Of a stretch of DNA of 64,000 nucleotides, positions 1 to 10,440 are shown in pieces. Below the pieces are notes generated by a model. That model did no database searches. It was not told the DNA's origin and saw nothing but the letters and a program-made list of their open reading frames with translations. The translations under genes and the position numbers were made by a program. Source of the DNA: an uncultured Planctomycetota bacterium. Lineage in GTDB: Bacteria; Planctomycetota; Planctomycetia; Isosphaerales; Isosphaeraceae. The stretch spans positions 2,208,001 through 2,272,000 of the forward strand of contig CAVTTN010000002.1 in NCBI GenBank assembly GCA_963737655.1, read 5' to 3'. How positions within the stretch are numbered: the stretch's first letter is position 1; each line of letters begins with the position of its first letter.

Positions 1-1
1 C

Positions 2-130
2 GGCGCGCCCGCGGCCAAGGAGGGCGTCACCCCGCCGGACGCCCCGAAGTCGTCGAAGGAGGCGTACGAGAAGTTCAGCGGCAAGAACAGCCTGATGGAA
101 AAGAACGCGAAGACGTACCGGCAGCAGTAA
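2..130 (+). CDS. 3' end of a small Pro/Lys-rich protein (partial, runs off window start)
   Basis: Frame 2 reads GAPAAKEGVTPPDAPKSSKEAYEKFSGKNSLMEKNAKTYRQQ-TAA(128-130) with strong GC3 bias. Small proteins of this kind often flank DUF1559 genes in planctomycetes. Confidence 0.6.
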   Translation, partial: GAPAAKEGVTPPDAPKSSKEAYEKFSGKNSLMEKNAKTYRQQ

Positions 131-355
131 TCGCCCGCGTCCGGGCCCGCCGCGCCCTCCCCGGGGGGACGGACGGGGCCCGGTCCGGCTGACGGTCGGC
201 CTCTTCGGGCGGCCCCTCGGGCCGCTCGCCTTGCACTTTCGGACGTCCGGGGCCCGGCGTGCCCTCTCCCTCACGCCGTGCCCCCGACCTCCGCGGGGGT
301 CGGAACTCGGTCCATTTCTCTCTCTCCATTCTCTTCTTCCTCGGTGGGGGGTCCC

Positions 356-1403
356 ATGGTGCAGCGTCGTCGAGGTTTTACCTTGATCGAGCTGCTGGTG
401 GTCATCGCGATCATCGGCGTCTTGATCGCCCTGCTCTTGCCGGCCGTCCAGGCCGCGCGCGAGGCGGCCCGTCGTGCCCAGTGCACGAACAACATGAAGC
501 AGATCGGCCTGGCCCTGCACAACTATGTGTCGGCCAACGACTCCCTGCCGCCGGCCGGCGAGGCGTTCAGCAACGAGTACCCGGCCCTGGGCTGGGCCGC
601 CGGGCGCAGAACTTCTCGATGAAAGTGCGGATCCTGCCGTACCTGGAAGGGACCAACGCCTACAACTCCGTGAACTTCAACGTCACGGCGATCTGGTCCG
701 GCCCGGGCGGCAACAATCAGGTGGCCATCGACGGCTACAACATCAACTACACGATCCGTCACACCAAGGTCAACTCGTACGTCTGCCCGTCGGACACCAA
801 CGACCCGGGCAGCGGCAATGACCCGCAGTCGCCGCCGACCAGCTACGGCGAGTGCCGCGGCCTGAACCGGTACAACTCCAACTGGGTGTACTCGGGGATG
901 GCCTACTACCAGGGGCACGACGCGCCCGGGCCCAGACCCGCACCTTCGCCACGATCACCGACGGCCTCTCCAGCACGGCCGCCTTCAGCGAGTGGGTCAA
1001 GGGCCAGGGCCAGATGATCCGCTACGGCCTGAACATGGTCTGGTCGATCCCCAACGGCGTGACGACCTTCGCCCAGGGCACCGCCGGCGCCGACTACCAG
1101 CTCGCCAACCTCTGCCAGGCCACCAACGCCGCGTCCTGGGACTACAAGGGCGAAGTCTGGACCATCCAGCACTCCGGCCGCGGCGGAGGCTACTACCAGA
1201 TCCAGGCGCCCAACCGCAAGAGCTGCAACTGCTGCGACGACGACACGATCGTGGGCGCCAGCAGCAACCACCCCGGCGGCGTGAACATGCTGCTGATGGA
1301 CGGCTCGGTGAAGTTCGTCAAGAACGGCATCAACCTCAACACCTGGCAGTCGCTGGGCACGATCAACTGGGGTGAGGTCATCCCCGGCGACGCCTTCAAT
1401 TGA
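356..1403 (+). CDS. DUF1559 (SBP_bac_10) prepilin-type N-methylation protein with H-X9-DG domain; two apparent frameshifts (~604, ~926)
   Basis: [57 protein letters not shown]. It continues as RILPYLE...YVCPSD, then [13 protein letters not shown], and ends with [22 protein letters not shown], across three frames. Confidence 0.92.
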
Positions 1404-1531
1404 TCGTCGCGCCCGTCGTCCTCCGACCGGCCGCGGCCGGTCGCTTCGGCTGGGCCTTCTCCGGCGATGAGCCGGGGCGGGCCCGGCCGAATTCGTCTCC
1501 GCCCCGGACCCCTCCGCCTCGGGACCCGCCC

Positions 1532-2623
1532 GTGGACCCCCTCGCACCGACCGCCCCGAGCCCGGCCGTCTCGGCCCTCTCGCGACTGGCCGCGATCGCC
1601 CGGCTCGTCGCGATCCTCGGCCTCGTCGCCCTGGCGGCCTGGCAGGCCCTGCGCCGCCCCGCCCGGGACGAGGCCCGCGCCGCCTTCGCCCGGAAGGACT
1701 ACGCCACGGCCCTTCGCCGGGCTTTGGACGATCTCGACGGCCATCCTCGGTCCGCCGAATCCGCCGGGCTCGCCGCCCGGTCGCTGAGCTTGCTCGTCTT
1801 CGCCGACGAGGCCGAGCCGTACTATCAACGGGCGGCTCGCGGGGGCCCCCTGGGCCTGCAGGCCCTCCGGGACCGGGCCGAGGGTCTGGTCCTCTCCAAC
1901 CGCCGCGATGCCGCCGTCGCCGCATGCCGGGAGATCCTCGACCGCTTCGGCGAGGACCCCACGGCGCTCCGCCTGATGTCCACCGTCCGGTGGACGCAGG
2001 GCCGGTTCGACGAGGCGGCCTCCGCCGCCGAACGTCTGTCCCGGACCGCCGAGGGCCAGAGGGTCGGCCTCGCCCTCCTTGGCGATATCCAGCACGAGGC
2101 CAAGCACCGCAAGGAAGCCGCCGCCGCCTTCGAAAAACTCCTGGCGATCGACCCGAAGCTGGAGACGGTGAAGTATCCGATCGCGGTCTTCTACCAGGGG
2201 TTCTCCGAGGACCTCGTCGCCATCGGCCGGGCCGACCGGGCCCGGGAAATCCTCGCCCCGGCCGTCGATCGCGACCCGGAGCCGGTCCTGCTGGACGCCC
2301 TGGCCGCCGTCGAGAAGACGCTCGGGCGGATCGACGAGGCCGAGGCGCTCTGGAGGCGGTCGGCCCTGGGCGACCCCGGCCGCCCGAACCCCTGGTTTCA
2401 GCTGGGGAGGCTCGCCCTGGGCCGCAGGCAATTCGCCGACGCCTCCGACGCCCTGGAAAAGGCCGACCGGCTGGAGCCGAACCGGTACGAGATCGTCTAT
2501 AATCTGGCGAGGGCCTACCACGGTCTCGGCCGGAAGGAGGACGCGAAGCTCCTGGCCGCCCGAGCCGAAGGGCTCCGAGGCGCCGAGCCCGAGCCGAGCG
2601 GAGGGATGGGCGCATCACCATGA
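1532..2623 (+). CDS. Tetratricopeptide-repeat protein with N-terminal membrane anchor
   Basis: Hydrophobic RLVAILGLVALAAWQAL, then TPR-like helices (PWFQLGRLALGRRQFADASDALEKADRLEP, IVYNLARAYHGLG). The start is uncertain (GTG 1532 chosen; the ORF is open from 1400). Confidence 0.85.
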   Translation: MDPLAPTAPSPAVSALSRLAAIARLVAILGLVALAAWQALRRPARDEARAAFARKDYATALRRALDDLDGHPRSAESAGLAARSLSLLVFADEAEPYYQRAARGGPLGLQALRDRAEGLVLSNRRDAAVAACREILDRFGEDPTALRLMSTVRWTQGRFDEAASAAERLSRTAEGQRVGLALLGDIQHEAKHRKEAAAAFEKLLAIDPKLETVKYPIAVFYQGFSEDLVAIGRADRAREILAPAVDRDPEPVLLDALAAVEKTLGRIDEAEALWRRSALGDPGRPNPWFQLGRLALGRRQFADASDALEKADRLEPNRYEIVYNLARAYHGLGRKEDAKLLAARAEGLRGAEPEPSGGMGASP

Positions 2624-4369
2624 GGATGATCGGACCTCGGGCCCTGGCCCTCCTCCTCGCCGTCCTGCTCGGCCCGATGGCCGGGTGCGGGTCGCCCGTC
2701 CCGGCCTCGCCGAAGGGTTCGACCGCATCGGCCGCCGCGCCGGCCCCGCCGGGCGAGCCGCCGAGCCTCCGCTTCCGCGACGTGGCCGAGGGTTCCGGGA
2801 TCGCGTTCGTCCACTCCAGCGGCTTCGACGCCATGAAGCATTTCCCGACCTCCTTCGGGAGCGGGATCGCCGTGTTCGACTACGACGGCGACGGCCGGCA
2901 AGACCTGTATTTCGCCTGCGCCCGCCCCCTGCCGCTGACCTCGCCCAACACGACGATGGGCAACCGGCTCTATCGCAACCTCGGCAACTTCCGATTCGAG
3001 GACGTGACCGAACGGGCGGGCGTGGGCTTCCGCGGCTTCTGCGACGGCGTGGCCGTGGGCGACGTCAACAATGACGGCAAGCCCGACCTCTACCTGACGA
3101 ACCTCGGCCCCAACGTCCTGTACCTCAACAACGGCGACGGCACGTTCCGCGACGCCTCGGCGATTTGCGGCGCCCTGGTCAACCTCTGGAGCCTCGGCGC
3201 GGCGTTCCTCGACTACGACGGCGACGGCCGGCTCGACCTCTACGTCTCGTGTTACGGCCAGTGGACCGAGGCGGGCCCTCACGAGTTCTGCGGGGACGTG
3301 AAGCGGAACATCCGGATCACCTGCTCGCCGTTCTCGATCCGTCCTCAGCGGCATTTCCTCTTCCGGGGGCGCGGCGACGGCTCGTTCGAGGAGACGACGG
3401 AGACCGCCGGAATCCTCCGCCGCGACGGCCGAGGGGCTCGCCGTGATCTCCGCGGACATCGACGGCGACGGCAAGACGGATCTCTACGTCGCCAACGACG
3501 GATGCCCGAATTTCTTCTTCCGCAACCGAGGCGACGGCACGTTCGAGGACATGACCGAAAGCTCGGGCGCGGCGCTCGACGCCTCGGGGTCGGTCCAGGG
3601 GAGCATGGGGGCGGACATCCAGGACGTGGACGGCGACGGCCGCCCCGAGCTGTTCGTGACGAACTTTCGCGGCCAGTACGACACGCTCTATCAGAATATC
3701 GACGGCCGGAACTTCCAGGACATCAGCGCCCGGGCCGGGGTCGTCAAGGATTGCCTGCCGTATGTGAAATGGGGCTGCGCCCTGGCCGACTTCGACAACG
3801 ACGGCTGGCCCGACCTGTTCGTCGTCAGCGGAGAAGTGGATAATAACCTTCGCGAGTTCGGCCAGGAAATCGACTACGAGCAGCCGGCGATGGCCTGGCG
3901 GAACCTCGGAGAAGGCAAGTTCGCGAGGGTCGCCGACCCGGGCCCGGCCTTCGCGAAGAATTACCCGGCCCGGGCCGCCGCCTTCGGCGACCTGGACGAC
4001 GATGGCGACCTGGACGCCGTGATCGGTGTGATGGACGGCAAGCCCGTGATCCTGAGCAACGAGTCGGCCAATCCCGGCCGGTGGGTCCGGTTCGCCCTGC
4101 AAGGCACCACGTCCAATCGCGACGCCATCGGCGCCTCGGTGGACGTTCGGGCCGGTGGCCGGCGGTTCCAGAGGTTGATCCGCGGCGGGGACAGCTATCT
4201 CTCGGTGAACGACCGGCGGGCGCTGATCGGGATTGGCGCGATCGACCGGATCGATTCGGCGGAGATCACCTGGCCCGGCGGGCGAAAGACCGTGTTGACG
4301 GCTCCCGAGGTCGGCAAGACGCATCGGGTCGTCGAGCCCCTGGCGGACCCGCAGGGGGAGCATCGATGA
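2620..4369 (+). CDS. CRTAC1-family FG-GAP/VCBS beta-propeller lipoprotein with C-terminal ASPIC/UnbV domain; frameshift at ~3433-3436
   Basis: Lipobox-like GPMAGC; repeated D-x-D-G-D-G-x-x-D-L-[YF] motifs; SNRDAIGA...GGDSYLS...ITWPGG ASPIC/UnbV tail. Removing one G from GGGG joins ORFs 2620 and 3443. Confidence 0.9.
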
Positions 4370-5751
4370 CCGATCCGAACACCTCGTCCATGTCACCGTC
4401 GCCCACGCCCTCGACGGAAACGGCACCGTCCCCGGGCCGCCGTCGCTGGTTGTCGATCGTCGTCGCAATCCTGGCTCTCGCCGCGGGAGGATTGCTCGTC
4501 CGTCCGATCCTGAGGGCGCTCGGGCCGGCTCCCCCGCTCGCTCCCGGCTTGCGGCTGGTCGCCGAGGGGAAGTATCTCGAAGCCCGGCCGGAGCTGGAGC
4601 GTTACCTCGCCTACGACCCCTCCAACGTGCCGGCCGGGCTGGCGATGGCCGAGACGCTGCTGGCTTTGCCGGCCCTGGAACTGGCCGAGCCGACCCCGGA
4701 GGACATCGCCCGGAGGTCTCGCGAGGCGCTGGCGAGGCTCGCGGCGATCCGGCCGGCGGGCCGGCTCCAGATCGCCCATAGCCTGCTCCTGCGAGGCCGG
4801 GCGTTCGAGGCGATGGGGCAGCTTGGCCCGGCCGAGGAATCCTGGAACGCCGCGCTGAGGGCCGACCCGCTGGTCAGCGAGGCCGGTTGGCTCCTCCTCC
4901 AGCTTTACTACGGCGAGGGCCGGGAAGACGAGGCCCGCCGGCTCGGCCTGAGGCTCTCGACGATCGAGCCCGACCCTCGCGACCGAGTCCGGCTGATCCT
5001 GGAAGCGGCCCGGTACGACGCCGAGCCTCGGGCCGCGGCCGGAGTCCTCCGCGACCTGGGACCCGCCCATCTCGCCTCGCCGGAGGAACCGCATTCGGCC
5101 CTCGCCTACTTCCGCGCGATGGCCTCCGAGGGCAAGGACGTGGACGCGGCGATTGCCGGCCTCCGCGACCTGGTCGCGCGACGCCCCGACGACCTGGACG
5201 CCTGGGACGCGCTCTTCACCGCCCTCGGGAACACCGGTCACCTCGACCCGATGGGCCGGGAACTCGCGAAAGTCCCGAAATCCCTCGCCGAGGACCCGCG
5301 GATCGCCCGCCACCGAGGCCGCCTGGCGATGGATCGCGGCGAGTTCGCCGGGGCCGTCGCCGACCTCCGCAAGGCCGTGGCCGCACGACCTTCGGACATC
5401 GCCTCGCTCCATCGTTTGGGAGACGCCCTGAAGCTCTCCGGCCAGCTCGCCGAGGCCGAAACGGTCAAGGCGCGCGAGGCCGATTTCGAGGACGCCCGCA
5501 AGGCCCTCCGGGGGATCACCGCCACGAACCAGGAATCGGCCCAGTCCGTCGCCGGTCTGTTCTCGACCGCGATGAACAACCCCCGGCTCGGCCTGGTCCC
5601 CGATCTGGATCTCTACCGGAAGTTCGCCAACGTCCGCGAGCGAATGGGCCACCCCGACGAGGCCCTCGCCTGGCATCGGCTCATCCTCCAGGAATTACCC
5701 GAAGACCCAGAAAGCAAGGCGGCCGTCGCCCGGCTGGCTCCCGCTTCTTAA
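4366..5751 (+). CDS. TPR protein with N-terminal transmembrane anchor
   Basis: ATGA overlap with the previous stop; RRRWLSIVVAILALAAGGLLV anchor; helical TPR-like repeats. Confidence 0.85.
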   Translation: MTDPNTSSMSPSPTPSTETAPSPGRRRWLSIVVAILALAAGGLLVRPILRALGPAPPLAPGLRLVAEGKYLEARPELERYLAYDPSNVPAGLAMAETLLALPALELAEPTPEDIARRSREALARLAAIRPAGRLQIAHSLLLRGRAFEAMGQLGPAEESWNAALRADPLVSEAGWLLLQLYYGEGREDEARRLGLRLSTIEPDPRDRVRLILEAARYDAEPRAAAGVLRDLGPAHLASPEEPHSALAYFRAMASEGKDVDAAIAGLRDLVARRPDDLDAWDALFTALGNTGHLDPMGRELAKVPKSLAEDPRIARHRGRLAMDRGEFAGAVADLRKAVAARPSDIASLHRLGDALKLSGQLAEAETVKAREADFEDARKALRGITATNQESAQSVAGLFSTAMNNPRLGLVPDLDLYRKFANVRERMGHPDEALAWHRLILQELPEDPESKAAVARLAPAS

Positions 5752-5778
5752 GAACGGGCCGTAGGGAAGCTCTCATCA

Positions 5779-5813
5779 CCCACTGCCCACTGCCCACTGC
5801 CCACTGCCCACTG
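5779..5813. repeat. Heptamer tandem repeat (CCCACTG)x5
   Basis: Five perfect consecutive copies in the intergenic gap before the ATG at 5824. Confidence 0.97.
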
Positions 5814-5823
5814 TTTTCTGCCC

Positions 5824-7080
5824 ATGTCCACAATGCCGGCCACAACCGCCGTTGCCCCGTCCGCTCGGGCCTCTCGCCGGGTCCGCGGCGGGATTGCGCG
5901 GGTTGGTTCTTGGGCGATCCTGATCGCCCTGATCGTGGGGAATGCCTGGTTGTTCTGGCGAGACCGGCCGACCCTGGACCTGAAGACCCTGGGACGGCAG
6001 GTCGGCGGTCCTCAGAGCGCGGAGGCCGAATCGGAGCTTCGCCGGATCGTCCGCAAGTCGCCTCACGACGCCGACGCGCTGCTGCTCCTGGCTCGGGCCC
6101 TGGCGACCCGAGGTCAAACGGCCTCGTGCGCCGAGGTCCTGCATCGGGTGCCGTTCTGGTCGCCCCGCAAGGCCGAGGCGCTGTATGCCGAGATGCTCTC
6201 GTGGCTGGAAGCCGATCGCGCGCGGCTCTCCGAACAGGCCGCTCTGGACTACCTCGACGACGACCCGAACCATCCCTACCCCCGGCCGAACCGGGGGAAG
6301 GTCGAAGAGACGCTCCTGAACCTGTACGCGCTGGAGGATCGCTGGGACGACGCCCGCGATCTGATCTGGCGGGCGTACGACGCCTCCTCGGGGCCCTCGG
6401 GCCGTCAGTTGTGGACGATCCACGCGGCGCGGACCCACCTGGAACGCTCCAACCCCGCCGTGGCGATCCGGACGCTCCGGCGATACGTCGCGGCCGACCC
6501 CCAGGACTGGGAGGCCCGCCGGGCGCTCGCCCGAGCCGCCGACAAGATCGGCGAGGCCGCCGAGGCCGACTCCGCCATCGAGGCATGCCTCGCCGCCCGG
6601 CCGAATGACCCGAGGGTCTGGAGGGACCGGCTGGCGATCCTGGAAGCCCGGGGCGACCTCCCCGCGCTCGAAAAAGCCTCCGCCGGAGCCCCGCCCGAGG
6701 CCGATTCCGAGGGCGAAATCTGGATGGTCCGCGGCAAGCTCCATCGCCAGGCCCGTGACCTCGTGGGCGCCGTCGAGGCCTACCGTCGGGCCGTCGCCCT
6801 GTTGCCGAATCAGCCGTCGGCCCACTATCAACTCGCGCTTTCCGAGCAGGCGCTCGGCCACGTCCAGGCCGCCACGGCCCACCGGGCTCGTCACGCGTTC
6901 CTGGAAGGCCTCGCGGTGAAGTTCTCCGACGCCTTCAACGCCTTCCTCGATGCGGAAGAAGCCCGACCCCGCAAGCCCGAGGACGTGAAAAAGGCGGCCC
7001 TCCGCCTCTCGGACATGAGCCGGAACCTGGGTTGGACCCGAGAGGCCGACGCCTGGACCCGCCTGGCGGCCGAGGAATGA
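5824..7080 (+). CDS. TPR protein with N-terminal transmembrane anchor
   Basis: WAILIALIVGNAWLFW anchor; TPR motifs (GAVEAYRRAVALLPNQPSAHYQLA). Confidence 0.85.
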   Translation: MSTMPATTAVAPSARASRRVRGGIARVGSWAILIALIVGNAWLFWRDRPTLDLKTLGRQVGGPQSAEAESELRRIVRKSPHDADALLLLARALATRGQTASCAEVLHRVPFWSPRKAEALYAEMLSWLEADRARLSEQAALDYLDDDPNHPYPRPNRGKVEETLLNLYALEDRWDDARDLIWRAYDASSGPSGRQLWTIHAARTHLERSNPAVAIRTLRRYVAADPQDWEARRALARAADKIGEAAEADSAIEACLAARPNDPRVWRDRLAILEARGDLPALEKASAGAPPEADSEGEIWMVRGKLHRQARDLVGAVEAYRRAVALLPNQPSAHYQLALSEQALGHVQAATAHRARHAFLEGLAVKFSDAFNAFLDAEEARPRKPEDVKKAALRLSDMSRNLGWTREADAWTRLAAEE

Positions 7081-7111
7081 AGTCTTCTCCGTCGATGCCA
7101 AAGGAGCGGCC

Positions 7112-8911
7112 GTGACGCCTCGGATCGGGATGGCCCTGGGGATGGGAGCGGTGGCCATCGCGGCCCTCGGGCTGTCGGCGGCCGTCGCCCTCCGCCCGGC
7201 CGGCCCGATGGCCCGGGCCCGATCGGCCGAGGCCCGAGGCGACTGGAAGACCGTGGCCTCGGCGACGGCCGAGAGGCGAAAGCTCGCGCCCGACGACCTC
7301 GAGGCCCAGCGGCTCGCGGCGCGGGCCTCGGCCCGGTTGGGCCGTCCGGCCGAGGCCCTTCGGCTTTACCAGTCGATCGGTCCGGAACATCGCAAGGCCG
7401 CCGATTTCCTCGCCATCGGCGAGATCCTGCTCGGGCAAGGGCGAGACGTCCTGGGCTGGGCCGCCCTCGAAGCCGCGAACCGCCTCGACCCGGCCGATCC
7501 GGCGGTCCGCGACGCCCGGACGAGCCTCCGCAGCCGCCTTGGAGGGCAGGGCGAGATCGTCCGGGTGGCCGATCGCCTGGCGGCCGTCCCCGGAGGCCCG
7601 CCCCTCGGGGAACTCGTCCTCGGCCTGGCCCTCGAGTCGCAGACGGATTCGAGCGACGATCCGGTCTTCGACGGCGTGGCCATCCGCGACCGAGCGTTCC
7701 TGGCGAAACGGGCCGATCCCCGGGCCGTCAGCCGGTTCCTCGCCCGGGTCCTCCTCGAAGCGGGCCGACCGGCCCAGGCCCGCGAGCGTCTCCTGGCGAT
7801 TTTGAAGGATGGAACCGATCCCGAGGCGTCCTGGCTCCTGAGCCGGGCGTCTCTCCAGGAGGGGGACGACGACCGCGCGGCCTCGGCCCTCGCCGCGTCG
7901 AAGGGGTTCGGCGCGGCCCATGCCCACGAGGCCGAGCCCGCCGCGTTCGTCGGCGCCCGCGCCTGCCGATCGTGTCACTCGACGATTTACGACCAGGAGC
8001 AATCGAGCCGCCACGCGACCACGCTCCGGCTCGGTCCCGAGATGGCGAGCGTCCCCCTGCCCGAAGGCGTCGTGACCGACCCGGCCGATCCCTCCGTGAC
8101 TCATCGCTTCAGCCGAGACGGCGAGAAGGTCCGCGTCGAGACGACCGCGAACGGGGAGACCTATCGGGCCCTGCTCGATTATGCACTCGGCTCCGGGCAT
8201 CGCGGGGTCACGATGATCGGCAAGGACGATCACGGGACGTTCCGCGAGCTGAGGATCTCGCACTACTCGGAGAATGGATCGGTCTGGGACATCACCAGCG
8301 GGTTCTCCGAGCATCCGTCGGACCCCCGCGAGTTCCTGGGCAAGGGGATGTCCGAGTCCGGCTTCCGCGACTGCATCCACTGCCACGCCACGAGGTTCCG
8401 CACGACGAAGGGGCGGACAGGCCCCGAGGCCGCCGATCGCGGGATCGGCTGCGAACGCTGCCACGGGCCGGGCGGAAACCACGTCCTGGCGATGGAACGA
8501 GGCTTCGGCGACCCCGCGATCGGCCGTCCCAAAGGCGCGAACGGGCCGGACCGCTCGGCCTCGTGCGCGGCGTGCCACAGCTCCGACGGCACGTTCCCGC
8601 CCACCGACCCGCAGTTCATCCGGTTCCAGTCCACCACGTTGCCGATGAGCAAGTGCTTCACGGCCAGCGGCGGGAAGCTCGATTGCGTGACGTGCCACGA
8701 TCCCCACAAGAAACTGGAGACGGCGGCAAGTGTTTATGAGAAAAAGTGTCTTGAATGCCACGCCGCCGGCAAGTCGCCCGAGCGGGTCGCGTGCCCCGTG
8801 GAGCCGTCTCGGGACTGCCTGAGGTGCCACATGCCGAAGGTGGAGGAGGTCGTCTCTCACACGTCGTTCACGGACCACCAAATCCGGGTCCACCCGGAGG
8901 GCCGGCGATGA
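7112..8911 (+). CDS. TPR-fused multiheme c-type cytochrome (c554-like), 7 CxxCH motifs
   Basis: CRSCH, CIHCH, CERCH(GPG), CAACH, CVTCH(DPH), CLECH, CLRCH(MP), and C-terminal FTDHQIR. The N-terminus has a hydrophobic segment and TPR-like helices. Confidence 0.9.
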   Translation: MTPRIGMALGMGAVAIAALGLSAAVALRPAGPMARARSAEARGDWKTVASATAERRKLAPDDLEAQRLAARASARLGRPAEALRLYQSIGPEHRKAADFLAIGEILLGQGRDVLGWAALEAANRLDPADPAVRDARTSLRSRLGGQGEIVRVADRLAAVPGGPPLGELVLGLALESQTDSSDDPVFDGVAIRDRAFLAKRADPRAVSRFLARVLLEAGRPAQARERLLAILKDGTDPEASWLLSRASLQEGDDDRAASALAASKGFGAAHAHEAEPAAFVGARACRSCHSTIYDQEQSSRHATTLRLGPEMASVPLPEGVVTDPADPSVTHRFSRDGEKVRVETTANGETYRALLDYALGSGHRGVTMIGKDDHGTFRELRISHYSENGSVWDITSGFSEHPSDPREFLGKGMSESGFRDCIHCHATRFRTTKGRTGPEAADRGIGCERCHGPGGNHVLAMERGFGDPAIGRPKGANGPDRSASCAACHSSDGTFPPTDPQFIRFQSTTLPMSKCFTASGGKLDCVTCHDPHKKLETAASVYEKKCLECHAAGKSPERVACPVEPSRDCLRCHMPKVEEVVSHTSFTDHQIRVHPEGRR

Positions 8912-10215
8912 AGGTCCAGGAGGCGTCGAGGACGTGGAAGGGTGCGAACGCCCGGCGATGGGCGCTGGCGGGGCTGGCGGTCGTGGCCGTGAGCGTCGGG
9001 ATCGGCGTCGTGGTGACGGCGAGGATGAAGACCAGTGCCCTTCGAAACGAGGCGCTCGGGGCGATCGCGGCGAGGAAGTGGGATGCCGCCGCCGGGGCCG
9101 TCGATCGCTGGGTCGCCCGCGAGCCGAGGTCGGGCGAGGCGCAATACGCCCTGGCGAGGGTCCGCCTGGCTCAGCAGCGGCCTCAGGAGGCGATGGACGC
9201 GGTGTCGAAGGCCCTGGACCTGGGCCATGACCCGGCCCCCTTGTTCATTCTCCGGGCCGTGATGCAGGCGCAGGCCGACCAGTTCGACGAGGCCGAGCCG
9301 GTCCTCCGCGGGGCGCTGGCGGAGTCCGACGCGCCCCAGCCCGAAGTCGCCGCCGCGCTGGCTCGGATCTATCTCTCGACGTTCCAGCTCGAAAAGGCCG
9401 CCGGGCCGATCGCTCGATGGATGCGAGATGCCCCCGAAGACCCGCGTCCGTATCTCTGGCGCAACGAGATCGACCGCCGCCGGGACACCGATGCCTCGGT
9501 CCTGATCGGCAACTATCGGGAGGCGCTGGCCCGAGACCCGAACCTCGACGAGGCGAGGCTCGGCCTGGCCGACCGCCTCCGCCAGGCCCACCGCCTGGAC
9601 GAGGCGGCCGACGAGTTCGCCGAATATATCCGGAGGAAGCCCAACGACCCCGACGGGCACCTCGGAGCCGGCCGAACGGACCTGGAGCGCGGCCGGTTCG
9701 ACGACGCCGCGAAGCATTTTGACCGCGCCCTGGAGCTGGACCCTCGCGAGCCCACCGCCTTGAAGGAACGAGGGGCGATCGAATTGAAGCTCGGCCGCTA
9801 TCCCAGGGCCAAGGAGCTGCTCCTCCGCGCGGTCGCGGTCGATCCGTACGATTCGGACACGCATTACAACCTCGCTCGGGCGCTTCAGAGGCTCGGGGAC
9901 ATCCCCGGGCAGGTCGCCGAAGATGCTCGGGCCCGGGCACTCCGGGCCGAGCACAACCAGCTCGCCGAATGGCGGGCCCTCCTGGTCAAGAGGCCGAAGG
10001 ACCCGGAACTCCGGTTGAAGATCGCCGATTGGTTGCTGGAGCACGGCCACGACGACGAGGGCCTCGACTTCACCAAGCTGATCCTCCACGACATCCCCGG
10101 CCATCGCCCGACCCTGGAGCGGCTCATCAAGTACTACGAGGATCGGAACGACCCGGGCCGGGCGAATTACTATCAGGTTCTGCTGAATCAGGCCCGAGCC
10201 GGTTCGTCTCCCTGA
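8908..10215 (+). CDS. TPR protein with N-terminal transmembrane anchor
   Basis: ATGA overlap; WALAGLAVVAVSVGIGVVV anchor; many TPRs (DDAAKHFDRALELDP, THYNLARALQRLG). Confidence 0.87.
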   Translation: MKVQEASRTWKGANARRWALAGLAVVAVSVGIGVVVTARMKTSALRNEALGAIAARKWDAAAGAVDRWVAREPRSGEAQYALARVRLAQQRPQEAMDAVSKALDLGHDPAPLFILRAVMQAQADQFDEAEPVLRGALAESDAPQPEVAAALARIYLSTFQLEKAAGPIARWMRDAPEDPRPYLWRNEIDRRRDTDASVLIGNYREALARDPNLDEARLGLADRLRQAHRLDEAADEFAEYIRRKPNDPDGHLGAGRTDLERGRFDDAAKHFDRALELDPREPTALKERGAIELKLGRYPRAKELLLRAVAVDPYDSDTHYNLARALQRLGDIPGQVAEDARARALRAEHNQLAEWRALLVKRPKDPELRLKIADWLLEHGHDDEGLDFTKLILHDIPGHRPTLERLIKYYEDRNDPGRANYYQVLLNQARAGSSP

Positions 10216-10320
10216 CGCCACGTCAGGCGATCTCCGACGAAAATCCGGACGGGTGGCCGTCCCATCCCGCCGGACGCGGCCTATATCCCCGATGGGGGAA
10301 TCAGCTCGGCGGACGAAATC

Positions 10321-10336
10321 CGGCACGCCTCTTGCA
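10321..10336 (+). promoter_or_regulatory. Putative sigma-54 (-24/-12) promoter
   Basis: CGGCACGCCTCTTGCA has GG-N10-GC spacing and matches TGGCACG-N4-TTGCW closely; it lies ~105 nt upstream of ATG 10441. Confidence 0.65.
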
Positions 10337-10440
10337 CTATTCCTTCTCCGCTCTCGGAAGTCGCATCGCGGCTTCGGCGAGGGGGTCCGTATCGACTTTG
10401 ACGACCGGACGTTGCGGGCAGGGAACCTCGAGGCTTCGCC

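Noticed and set aside
220..236. Sigma-54 promoter before DUF1559 (GG...TTGCA)
   Set aside because: GG-to-GC spacing is 11, not the required 10.
1424..1443. Perfect 20-bp GC palindrome after the DUF1559 stop
   Set aside because: Almost all G/C; probably an ordinary mRNA-stabilising hairpin, with no further support.
5779..5813. CRISPR array
   Set aside because: Spacer-less 7-bp tandem repeat; no cas genes or repeat-spacer array seen anywhere in the window.
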